From Nitrospirota bacterium (GTDB lineage Bacteria > Nitrospirota > UBA9217): a stretch of DNA of 64,000 bases. The position numbers and the translations under genes are program-made. The DNA is taken from the NCBI GenBank assembly GCA_963796285.1, contig CAWCKW010000012.1, positions 1,056,001 through 1,120,000 of the forward strand. The letters are read 5' to 3'. The notes beneath the pieces are model-generated. The model saw nothing but the letters and a program-made list of their open reading frames with translations, was not told where the DNA came from and searched no databases. Numbering within the stretch: position 1 is the first letter of the stretch; each line of letters begins with the position of its first letter. Below, piece by piece: positions 34,315-43,453 of this stretch.

Positions 34315-35655
34315 TCATTGGTTCTGCGACAACGTGAGCGGCACGCTTTCAAAGATCGACGTTGCATAGTTGGGGAATGATCCGGTGGGAAAACTGCTGA
34401 TATAAACGCGCGGCGTCTGTCCTCCGATTGTGGGATCTCCGGTTTCGCCCATGAGGGTCGGGTAATACAGTGTTCGCCCTGTCTCGCTGTACCCGGCACC
34501 GATTGGCCCAGACCAATTGAGCAGGTCGTTCGAGGCTCGCACCTTAATGCTCCCGCTCGACTGGTACACGGCCAGGTACACATTGAAGGCGCTGTCGTAG
34601 ATCACTTCGGGCTGGCCTCCTGGCTCGTCGGTCCAGAGAGGTTTATACGAGCCGGCGGTCCCCGTTTCATCAGGCGTATCGCTGGTTGCAGGCTGCGTCC
34701 AGGGATCCGGTGAAGCGCCGTCGTACTTGTGGAACACCGTCGCGACCTTGTGCGGGTCGCCGGAGAGCGCGGCCGCTACCACGTCGCTATAGAGCGCGCG
34801 CGCGACACCTATACAAGCTCGTGTGTCGCAGACGCCCGGCAGCCCCGGCAGGAGATCGGTGTAGAACAGATAGAAGTAGGCGGTGCCAGGGTCCGCGGGC
34901 GGGTTGTCAAGGTGTTTGCCGTTCGCGTCGGCGACGACCAGTGAGCCATACCCGACGTTCATGTTTTCGCCTCCGCCGGTGAAGACGGATATCGGCTGAC
35001 TCGGCTGGAAGATCTGCCCCACGACCTTGAAGGTCTTCCCATCGTCAATGGACATTGCCAACCCGAGGGCACCGTAAAAGCAAGTCACCTCGGAGCCTGA
35101 ACCGCCGACAACAGCGCATTTGCCGCTCGCGGTCGACGGGTTCTGCCAGTGATACTCGCCATGGAAGGGAATGAACCATCCGCTTGTCCCGTTGCTCGCA
35201 AAGTGCACGACCTGACCGCCGGCCGCATAGTCCTTGTTGAAGATCCAGCCGGACGGCCCGTCTCCGGGACCGAACAACCTCGTGCAATTACTTCCGGAAA
35301 CGTGATCGAGCGTACCGATGAACGAGAATTCTCCGTTGACGCTGGGGGTTCCTGCGCACAGGGCATTGGCGCCGGCGCTGCCGAAGAACGTGTAGGTCAT
35401 GCCGCTCACGGGGAGGGCCCCGAACTGACCGTCCGAAGGACCGAAGGAGAAGCCGTAGCTTGTGAGTTCGGTATGCGTCGCGAAGGTGACGGGTGAGCCA
35501 AAGGTCCCGACGATATTAGGAATTGCTGGTGTCGACCCGCTATCACTTCCTCCGCCACCTCCACTCCCGCACCTCACGAGTGCAACAGATATGATAAAGA
35601 ACAAAGACAGTGTCAATACTATATTAAATTTATTATATTTTCCGTTCATGTCCAT
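34315..35655 (-). CDS. hypothetical lipoprotein-like secreted protein (possible beta-propeller)
   Basis: Hydrophobic leader plus CGSGGGGG; Asp-box-like S.DDGKTF and S.DLLNW. Confidence 0.7.
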   Translation of the reverse strand: MDMNGKYNKFNIVLTLSLFFIISVALVRCGSGGGGGSDSGSTPAIPNIVGTFGSPVTFATHTELTSYGFSFGPSDGQFGALPVSGMTYTFFGSAGANALCAGTPSVNGEFSFIGTLDHVSGSNCTRLFGPGDGPSGWIFNKDYAAGGQVVHFASNGTSGWFIPFHGEYHWQNPSTASGKCAVVGGSGSEVTCFYGALGLAMSIDDGKTFKVVGQIFQPSQPISVFTGGGENMNVGYGSLVVADANGKHLDNPPADPGTAYFYLFYTDLLPGLPGVCDTRACIGVARALYSDVVAAALSGDPHKVATVFHKYDGASPDPWTQPATSDTPDETGTAGSYKPLWTDEPGGQPEVIYDSAFNVYLAVYQSSGSIKVRASNDLLNWSGPIGAGYSETGRTLYYPTLMGETGDPTIGGQTPRVYISSFPTGSFPNYATSIFESVPLTLSQNQ

Positions 35656-35931
35656 GGTGTTCTCCTTAAAGGGAACATTGCCTGTTGCATTCTGCATTGA
35701 ACAATAGAGCCCCGTTGTCAGGAGCCGGGAATTCCCTCACAATAACGACACCCCCCGTAGCTACTGCCGGGGGATTCATATTCGAAGGGTTGAGTCCATA
35801 TTGCATTCAGAAGAGGTAGGCTCGTAGCGGCCGCGGGATCAAGACGTCAGGCTGATCTCGACTTTCTTGCCTGAACGCAAGGGAATCACCTCATGCCTTA
35901 AACCTGATCCCCGACCGACCGATTGCACACG

Positions 35932-36351
35932 CTATTTCACCATGGTGGTGGCCTCAGCTCCTTTGGGGAGCAGAATGCTTATCGCAAGTCGCGCTGTTAC
36001 GGTCCCTGCATTAACCGCTGCATGGACATCGCCGGGGCGTTCAGTCCAACTCTCCCCTGTCTTGATCACCCGCTCGATGCCCTTCTCGCGCAGGGTCATC
36101 TCGCCGCTCAGCACCGTTACGAGCACATACCCGCCGTGCTTATGGTTGGTGACCCCTGCCCCTGCCGGAAAATCCTGGATTATCGTGAGCAGATCATAAT
36201 CGCCACCTGTTATGGCGATGGGGAACTTGGACATATTGACTACGACCGGGCCCGGCGCCGCGGCCATCCCGACTTTCTCTTCGGCTGCCGCTGTTGCAAT
36301 CAAAAGAAACAACATGAGGGCTGCCAAGAATGATTGTTTTAGGGTTTTCAT
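35932..36351 (-). CDS. cupin-domain protein (secreted)
   Basis: HKHGG...GESWTE.PGDVH. Confidence 0.88.
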   Translation of the reverse strand: MKTLKQSFLAALMLFLLIATAAAEEKVGMAAAPGPVVVNMSKFPIAITGGDYDLLTIIQDFPAGAGVTNHKHGGYVLVTVLSGEMTLREKGIERVIKTGESWTERPGDVHAAVNAGTVTARLAISILLPKGAEATTMVK

Positions 36352-36725
36352 AGCACACCTCCTTGTTAAATACAGCTAAACCATATCGGGCCGGTCTGCC
36401 CATCAAACCGGACCTTTCGCCTCCTTTTTCTTTTAATTTTAATCTAGCACCCGCTCTCTTTGTTGTCAAGATTTGAACATAAATTATAAAAACAAGTCCT
36501 GTGGGATGCAAACTATATTACATTTTAAGCTGACTGCAGGGGCAGGCTTTGTACTGAGGAGCCTTCCCTGCTGCAACCTTCGTATTAAAAGTTAGAGGAA
36601 ACCTTAAAGTCTTTATTGTTAACATTTCAACCTTGCTTCAAATAAAGTATTTATATATCCAAGAGGTTTTTGGCGGGATCAAGGGTCACCCACGTAATAG
36701 GCGCTGACAATAAGGTGTTCCAACC

Positions 36726-37295
36726 TTATTTCACGAGAAATAGTGTGAATGTCTGGTCCGGCAGGAAGTCGAATGACCTCATCAGGGTGTAACCCGCTTT
36801 CTCCATCTCCTGAATGACGGTCTCTCCCGGCGTATGGTGCTTGAAGAGGGCGACAAAATTGAAACCGCGCTTTGGCTTGTGATCGATGATCGCGACCCGC
36901 CCGCCCTGTTTCAAATATTTTTTAATATTGCTGAAATAGTCCGTGGGCGCAGGTAAATGATGAAACACATTCCTGGCGAATACAAGGTTGAGACCGGCTT
37001 CCGGCAGATCCATCTCACCTCCCACACCAAGGACAGTGCTGATATTATCAAGTCCTTCCCGTGCCGCCTTGCGTCTGATGAAATCAAGATACTTCGATTT
37101 CACGTCAACCGCATAGACCCTCCCCATCTTTCCAGCTTTCTTGGCAAGGGCAAGCGTAAAATATCCGCCCCCGGAACCGATGTCGGCAATGATATCCCCT
37201 TCGTGAATCTTCAGGCTCGCGATGATCTCGACAGGTTTGCTTTTCGCTGAAGAGGCTTCCGTATTTAATATGTTCAGAAAAAGGGAGGTAAACAT
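36726..37295 (-). CDS. class I SAM-dependent methyltransferase
   Basis: IADIGSGGGYF, VYAVD, LK.GGRVAIID. Confidence 0.9.
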   Translation of the reverse strand: MFTSLFLNILNTEASSAKSKPVEIIASLKIHEGDIIADIGSGGGYFTLALAKKAGKMGRVYAVDVKSKYLDFIRRKAAREGLDNISTVLGVGGEMDLPEAGLNLVFARNVFHHLPAPTDYFSNIKKYLKQGGRVAIIDHKPKRGFNFVALFKHHTPGETVIQEMEKAGYTLMRSFDFLPDQTFTLFLVK

Positions 37296-37371
37296 TTAAT
37301 AACGCCTAACGAGATAAAACCTCAATGCAACGCACATCTACGTCTCCAAGATGTTCATTAGTACTTTCCCA

Positions 37372-37554
37372 TCAGGGTTTGATATAGGCATTCAGTCCGA
37401 TGATGACAGGTTTGTCGTTTACTTTGGAGGTGGTGACGACATTTCCCCTCGTGCTCGCAACGACAAGGGTTTTGCCGGATGCCGACGGGGTCGGGGTTTC
37501 CAGGTCAATTTCGATATACAGTTTGTTGTCTTTTATCTCAACTTTCATTGCCAT
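37372..37554 (-). CDS. small conserved hypothetical protein
   Basis: SASGKTLVVASTRGN motif; AAGGAG RBS. Confidence 0.75.
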   Translation of the reverse strand: MAMKVEIKDNKLYIEIDLETPTPSASGKTLVVASTRGNVVTTSKVNDKPVIIGLNAYIKP

Positions 37555-37739
37555 TGGTAGTTCTCCTTTTTTGATTTTCTATGCTTCTATTGCTTTGCTG
37601 CCTGCCCCGATGATGCCGTCTAGATCGAGGATTTTACAATCCAGCACATCCGACACTGCGTAGATATCCGTTGTGTGTCGCAAGATAACAATATAGACCC
37701 CGGAGCTTCATGATGCAAGGCCTCAGTATGATGTGTTGC

Positions 37740-38387
37740 TCATCGCCGGGTGACCAGCAGCGTGCGCCGGTCCCTGTTCTCCGCCGCCTGCTGCACCTGG
37801 GTCCCGCATCCCTCGCCATACACCAGCTCGATCGCCTCGACAAAACCAGGGCTCAGACAGCGCGAACCCGGCGCTTTCCGGGAATTGCATTTGAACCGAA
37901 ATGCATCACTGATGATGGAGAGTGCCTCATCGCCGTCCGAGAAGTGCAGGGGCCAAAGGAGGCAGACCTTCGGCTTTACCTGCTCGAGGGGCAGGCCGAG
38001 TGTCACGGCAACAGTGTGCAGGGAGCAGTGGGTCCGGTGATGGGACCAGTAGGCAAAAAGGCAGAGACCATCCTCGGTCGTGTCGATGGAAAATAGCCCG
38101 CGTTCCTCTTGCTCGAACACGTTGTCGTATCCCCGCTTGGTCAGGAGATGGGGGCAGTACTTGGCAGCCTCGGGCAGGACCCTGATGATCCTCTTCATCT
38201 CCGCCGTGGTAACGCAGACCTCGTAGGACGAACAGCAGCACCGCTCGCCCCTGGCGCAGCCGTTGCAGCGGTTCTCGAGCGACAGGAGCGCCTCGACATC
38301 GACCTCCACGCTGCTGCGCTGATGCGGCGGCTGATACTGGTGACGACGATTTTCCGGACTATTCGATCTCATAGGCGTCAAACTCAC
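37740..38387 (-). CDS. Cys-cluster protein (YkgJ/DUF3109-like)
   Basis: C..C....CC, CLF, CSLH, KPKVC.LWP. Confidence 0.75.
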   Translation of the reverse strand: MSLTPMRSNSPENRRHQYQPPHQRSSVEVDVEALLSLENRCNGCARGERCCCSSYEVCVTTAEMKRIIRVLPEAAKYCPHLLTKRGYDNVFEQEERGLFSIDTTEDGLCLFAYWSHHRTHCSLHTVAVTLGLPLEQVKPKVCLLWPLHFSDGDEALSIISDAFRFKCNSRKAPGSRCLSPGFVEAIELVYGEGCGTQVQQAAENRDRRTLLVTRR

Positions 38388-38434
38388 CCCTCCTTTCTAC
38401 GCGAGGGGACTAAGGCGAGGGACCTGCACGGTTA

Positions 38435-39805
38435 CTACCCCAGCAATTCATGAATGGACAAGGGCTCTTTCTTCCCTTTCACCTCGGCCGCGAACTGTTT
38501 TCCCCATCGGAACCCGTCCCCCGCGAGGTCGCGCGTTCTCGTAGAGCAAAGTATGGTCGTTCCCGCGATCTTGTTGTATGCTTCGATGCGGGAGGCCGTG
38601 TTCACCGTATCGCCAAGAGCGGTGTATTCCTTCTTCTTATGAAAACCCAGGCTTCCCAGGATCACGGTGCCGGAATGGATGCCCATGCCGATCGTGAACT
38701 CGTGGTTGAGGTTAGTCCGCACATATTGATTGAACCCGGGAAGGGCCTGAACAATGCTGCGTGCAGCGGAGACCGCTTGTCGGGCATGATCGCTGCCGGC
38801 GTTCTGCTCCAGCCCGAAAATGACCATGATCCCGTCACCCATGTATTTATCGATGTATCCTCCATGACTGTCGATGATCGCACCAATGGTCTCGAAATAC
38901 CGGTTCAGGATGTGGATCACGTCATACGGCAGTGCGCGTTCGGAGAAGGCCGTGAAAGACCGGATGTCGCTGAACAGCACGGTAACCTCGGCCTCACGGC
39001 CCACGTCGCCCGGATCAATACGCCCCTCCCGAATGGCGAACAGGATGTCGGTATCGTCGAGCACCAGCCGCCTGAGGGTCACATCCCCGGAGACCGTCGT
39101 CTGGCAGGCGAGCCGGATCTCGGGAGAGAAGCCCTTGGTGCGTGCAAGGCGCGCTTCGGCCTCGTTCCTCGGCCTGCAGTGATCGAGTCCCCCGGAAACG
39201 AGGACGCGGCAGGTGGAGCAGCGCGCGCGTCCACCGCACACGTGGGTGTGCGGTATCCCGGCGCCGAGCGATGCCTCGAGGATCGGGACCTTCGAGGTCG
39301 TCCTCACGTCCTTGTCCCCGCTGAAATGCAGGGTAACACTCACCTCGTCACCTTCCGCGCCGGAGACCGACCGTGCTTCCGGCCGTACCGTACCTTCGAA
39401 CGTGGTGAACCGCTCAAGGTAGGACCCTGCCAGGTCCTTGATCCGCATGGCAACCGGACGGTCATCCTTCGCGCCGCAATGGCCGTGGATGCAAAAGTAG
39501 GCGACATTAAAGCTGCTGCAAAGGTCATACAGGGAACAGGTCACGCAGTTGCAGCCTTTTTCCGTGATGGGGACCGAGCTGATGCCGCTGGCGCAGTACA
39601 GCGCTTCGTCGCGCATCCCGGGAAAGCTCGGGCAGGACCGGCAGCTGCAGCGAAGGAGATTGGCAAGGTTCATGCGGATCGTAGGATGGTCCCTGCCCCG
39701 CGCCAGCCGGTCCCGTTCCATCATGGGCGCATCGAGCTTCTCCGCCAGACGCTGCGGCACCAGACGCAGTATTGATCTGATCAGGTTTATCATCATACAC
39801 AGCAT
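38435..39805 (-). CDS. class III nucleotide cyclase with 2Fe-2S ferredoxin domain and N-terminal DUF2769-like Cys domain
   Basis: CGGRARCSTC...RLACQ; FSDIRSFT, DKYMGDG, GDTVNTASRIE; N-terminal C.C..CPS...YC..G...GC.C..C...YFC..G. Confidence 0.9.
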   Translation of the reverse strand: MLCMMINLIRSILRLVPQRLAEKLDAPMMERDRLARGRDHPTIRMNLANLLRCSCRSCPSFPGMRDEALYCASGISSVPITEKGCNCVTCSLYDLCSSFNVAYFCIHGHCGAKDDRPVAMRIKDLAGSYLERFTTFEGTVRPEARSVSGAEGDEVSVTLHFSGDKDVRTTSKVPILEASLGAGIPHTHVCGGRARCSTCRVLVSGGLDHCRPRNEAEARLARTKGFSPEIRLACQTTVSGDVTLRRLVLDDTDILFAIREGRIDPGDVGREAEVTVLFSDIRSFTAFSERALPYDVIHILNRYFETIGAIIDSHGGYIDKYMGDGIMVIFGLEQNAGSDHARQAVSAARSIVQALPGFNQYVRTNLNHEFTIGMGIHSGTVILGSLGFHKKKEYTALGDTVNTASRIEAYNKIAGTTILCSTRTRDLAGDGFRWGKQFAAEVKGKKEPLSIHELLG

Positions 39806-39883
39806 GCCTTAATGGGGCTTGTTAATAGAATGAAGAGTGCGAGCCTTCATATGGGTTGCCCTATGATGCTCGATCCTGATATG

Positions 39884-40615
39884 CTACAGCACGATTCTGC
39901 CAATGTAGGACCTCAACTCAGCGGAAGCTTCGAGGGCCGCCTGGACCACCGTAGGATCGTAAACAGTGCCCGATCGCGCAGTGATCTCTTCCACCGCTTC
40001 GTCGAACAGCAAAGCCTCCCGGTAAGGCCGTTTGACCGTCAGCGCATCAAGAATGTCCGCGATCGCGAACACCCGCGCACCATGCGGGATCGCCTCGCCC
40101 GTGAGCCCCCGCGGATAACCGGAACCATCGAAGTGTTCATGGTGACTCCTGATGATCTCCGCCGCCCTGCTGAAATATCCGATGTGGCCGATGATCCGCT
40201 GGCCGATCTCGGGATGCGTGTGCATGATCACCTGTTCTTCGGGCGTCAGGGGTCCGGTCTTATGCAGTATGGCGTCGGGAACGCCGATCTTGCCGATGTC
40301 ATGCAGCAACGCCCCGCAATAGAGGTCCACCAGTTCCCGTCCCTTGACGTCGCAGGACCGCGCGATGATGAGCGAGAACTCCGTAACTCGCAGGGAGTGG
40401 TTCCCCACTTCATGCTCGCGCGCATCGATGGCGCTGACCAGGGCTTCGAGCGTGACAAGATAAGCCGCGTCCATGCTGTGCACGATGCCTTCAAGATAGG
40501 TATCATTGAAATAACAATGCTCGCAGCGGAAGGTCCCGTCGGGACGCAGGACATACCGGTTATCTTCAACCGGATGGCCGCAATTCGGGCAGATCAGGAT
40601 GCGAAAAGATTGCAT
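39884..40615 (-). CDS. HD-GYP phosphodiesterase with N-terminal zinc-ribbon
   Basis: CPNC...CEHC; LLHDIGK; HHEHFDGSGYP. Confidence 0.92.
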   Translation of the reverse strand: MQSFRILICPNCGHPVEDNRYVLRPDGTFRCEHCYFNDTYLEGIVHSMDAAYLVTLEALVSAIDAREHEVGNHSLRVTEFSLIIARSCDVKGRELVDLYCGALLHDIGKIGVPDAILHKTGPLTPEEQVIMHTHPEIGQRIIGHIGYFSRAAEIIRSHHEHFDGSGYPRGLTGEAIPHGARVFAIADILDALTVKRPYREALLFDEAVEEITARSGTVYDPTVVQAALEASAELRSYIGRIVL

Positions 40616-41101
40616 GGGTCGGTCCCTCTCGCTTTAGTATAGCACCTGATACCAGCCCTTCGAGCTGGAAAGGAAAGTCTGTTTTCAGGCGTCTGGTCGA
40701 ACCGCTTTCTCCGAGCCCCCCTTTACCGCGTCGGTTGCTTTGCGGGCAATGACGTCGGGAACGGGAAGATTGTCGGAATGGCAATTTTCAAGCTGACGCA
40801 CTACCACTTACGGGCAAACTCTTATATCTAATCATGACCCCGGCGATTGTTCCGTATTGTTTGTCTACTGGCGCAACGTCAATTTCAGGCAGAAGGTCCA
40901 TTTAAATACTCCCCCGCGGGTGAGCTATAATAAAATTCTGAAGCAGTTGGTCATTTGGCGCAACAGGATGGTGAAATAACGCCAGTTGCCGGTCATTAAT
41001 ACTAAAGGGCATCGTCACTCTCAATATAAAGTCGCCCTAATATTACTGATAAAACGGTGATTTATTATCCTTCTTTTTATTTTTTAAGGAAAATTAAAAA
41101 A

Positions 41102-41117
41102 CGGCGTCAAAATTGCT
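41102..41117 (+). promoter_or_regulatory. candidate sigma54 promoter
   Basis: cGG-cgtcaaaatt-GC (GG-N10-GC with TTGC). Confidence 0.4.
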
Positions 41118-41152
41118 TGTTAGATTATGAAGCATATTTGGAGGGAGCGATC

Positions 41153-41368
41153 ATGAATATTACAAGCCGGCAGCAAGATTACATGAGAGGCAGTAAGCCT
41201 TTGTTCGTACCCCAAACAAGCAAGAGAGCAAGGATGGTAAGGAAATCCGCACCAGCAGAACCAATTTGCCCTTTTACGCTCGAACCGCGCACGAACTGTT
41301 TTACCAATAGTGCATCTAATGGTAAAGTATGCTCTTTCACCATGGAACCATGCAGTATTTCATGTTAA
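41153..41368 (+). CDS. small Cys-rich peptide with duplicated CxFTxEP motif
   Basis: GGAGG RBS; ICPFTLEP and VCSFTMEP repeats; 71 aa. Confidence 0.5.
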   Translation: MNITSRQQDYMRGSKPLFVPQTSKRARMVRKSAPAEPICPFTLEPRTNCFTNSASNGKVCSFTMEPCSISC

Positions 41369-41646
41369 ACTGTAACAGAGAATTTATCACTGCAAGGAGT
41401 TTGCGCAAAAAACGAATGTACGTTTTTGAAGATTAAAATAATTCTTCGCATCGGCCTCGCTTATTTCATCTATGGCGCAGGATTCAATGATCATCCGCAA
41501 GGTAATTGCCGGCTTTTCATTTCAGCATTCCAATTTGCTTCATACAAGCAAGCTTACTTCCAAAATAACTCTTCGCTGCATCAATCATTTTATCATCGAG
41601 ATTTTAAGCACGACAGTATCTTATATCACGGCCCAATCCTGCGTTC

Positions 41647-42162
41647 TTAGTTCTGCTCCAAGCCTTGCTTCTTGGCAAGTTCAAGACTGAGCGCTGCCGA
41701 GATGGCTTTGTTTACGTTAAGCCGACAGTTTGCCAGGGCCGAGGCGGACGGCCCCTTGACTTTGTTTGCCGCCATGCAATGGAGGTCGCGAAGGCTGTTC
41801 CCTTCCGATGTGCAGGAGCCTTCGCCGATAATCACCAATCGGATCTTTTTGACGAGATCAATTGTCTTATCATTCTTGGGGATTGAGTTAACGCGAAATT
41901 CAAGGCGGCGCAGCTGCTGACCGATGTCAGTATAAAAATCCTGGTGCTTGCTGAAGGCGGCCTTTTTCGTCCCGGCTTGCTGGATCATCGTTTCTATGAA
42001 ATCATCGGTTTTTTGTTGGATGGTCGTCAAGCTTTTGTCCGTCACTTCATCATAGTCGGAAATAAGCCGGGCTCCCGCGCACCCAACCAGCAGGATTGCG
42101 CAAAGAATGGCGACCCAATACTTGAGAACCTGATTTCCCGACAAAGACATTCTATTCATCAT
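41647..42162 (-). CDS. hypothetical lipoprotein
   Basis: LVGC lipobox, AGGAGG RBS, C-terminal LELAKK. Confidence 0.75.
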   Translation of the reverse strand: MMNRMSLSGNQVLKYWVAILCAILLVGCAGARLISDYDEVTDKSLTTIQQKTDDFIETMIQQAGTKKAAFSKHQDFYTDIGQQLRRLEFRVNSIPKNDKTIDLVKKIRLVIIGEGSCTSEGNSLRDLHCMAANKVKGPSASALANCRLNVNKAISAALSLELAKKQGLEQN

Positions 42163-42299
42163 ATCCTCCTGTACGCAACGGGTGCAAGACGTCCCACTCA
42201 ACGCACAGCCATAGAAAAAAGCTTGTCAATATCAACGACCCGAATATTTTTTTGCAATCAGAATGCTTCACGTCATTCGGATGACATCAGCGCCGGAGT

Positions 42300-42686
42300 T
42301 TAGAGCTGTTCGTAGACTTCTTCTACTCTGATAACCAGGACTCCCCTCGCCCAGGGAAATAGTTTCTTCGCCGCCTCGAAATTTTCGCCGTTCTTCTGAA
42401 TCTGCCCCGTGCCCCTGATCCTGCACCCCTTGCCCGGGCCATGAGTTCCCTGGACCTGCCTGGTGCCGCAGAGCAGTTCTATCCTGCTATTCATCTCGAG
42501 ATTATCCTCGGTTTTCTGGTACCCGCCGATAGGTACAAGAAGCGTGTCGTCATTGGTCACGCTGAGGGCCTTGACGTATTCCCCCCAGGTGCCCGCCAGA
42601 TGGGGCCCGTCCGCGCCCACTGTTGCAATGGCGATCCATTCCGTTTTATCCAGGACCTCTTTGCACTTTTTTTCTATCTTTGCCAT
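42300..42686 (-). CDS. pyridoxamine 5'-phosphate oxidase-like FMN-binding protein
   Basis: AIAT...GPHL..TW...KTE.NL..N...G.G.RI.GTG. Confidence 0.85.
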   Translation of the reverse strand: MAKIEKKCKEVLDKTEWIAIATVGADGPHLAGTWGEYVKALSVTNDDTLLVPIGGYQKTEDNLEMNSRIELLCGTRQVQGTHGPGKGCRIRGTGQIQKNGENFEAAKKLFPWARGVLVIRVEEVYEQL

Positions 42687-42796
42687 ACGATGCCTCCTCT
42701 TTGAATGTCACTGATATAAAATCAGCACAAATGTCAAAATCCCCCTGCGCTCTGAGTTCTCTGTGGCAAGAGAAGATATCGCGTCTCTGCGCGAGC

Positions 42797-43393
42797 CTAA
42801 ACCACGGAACGAAGGGCCTTCCGGAAGACGTCAAGGGGCTGAGCGCCGACCACGGACTTTTTGTCTCCGATAAAGAACGCCGGCACGCCGGTCACGCCCC
42901 GGATAGCCGCCTCCTTCTTTACCGCTTCGAGCCCGGGGAGGTACTTCCCGTCTTCAAGTGCCCGTTTCATCGCCTCGTCATCGAGGCTCGCGTCACGCGC
43001 GATCATCGCGAGGACGTCGATATTTCCAATGTCCAGACCGTGAGAAAAGTACGCCGCGAACAGGGCGGTATGGAACGGTTCGAACAGATCGTGCTCGCGG
43101 GCGAACTCAGCGGCCTGAAGGGCCAGGCGGGAATTGGACAGAAGGGGCCGGTCAACAAAGGTGATCCCGAATGGCGCGCCCATGGTGCGAAGGTTCGCCA
43201 TGATGCGCTTGATGTCATCGGGAGGAAAGCGTTTTGCCATGGGGGTCCCCTCAGGAGGCGTCTCGGGATGGATCTCCACACCCCGCCATTCGACCTGAAG
43301 ATCGAACTCCTTATTCAGCTTTTCGACGATGCCTTCGCCGATGTAGCAGAAGGGTCAGATGTAATCGGAATAGATCTGAATGCGTATGGACAT
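42797..43393 (-). CDS. DsbA/FrnE-family oxidoreductase, selenoprotein (Sec13, UPFC)
   Basis: ATG 43393 gives MSIRIQIYSDYI-TGA-PFCYIGE...EIHPETP in frame with the tracked ORF; GVTGVPAF...GAQP C-terminus. Confidence 0.88.
43323..43341 (-). promoter_or_regulatory. bacterial SECIS-like hairpin
   Basis: UCGGCGA-AGGCA-UCGUCGA: 7-bp stem, G-containing 5-nt loop beginning 21 nt after the UGA. Confidence 0.7.
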
Positions 43394-43453
43394 AAGAGCG
43401 ACCTCGTTCGCTTGACGGTGCCATTTACTATGGGGGACCCTATCGCCGCGTTC

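Noticed and set aside
35748-35776. IS200/IS605 end hairpin (ccccccgtagctactgccggggga)
   Set aside because: A single imperfect hairpin with no tnpA or tnpB nearby; too weak to call.
37296-37312. Integron attC core (GTTAGGC just before the methyltransferase start)
   Set aside because: No matching inverse core or attC hairpin, no repeated sites and no integrase in the window.
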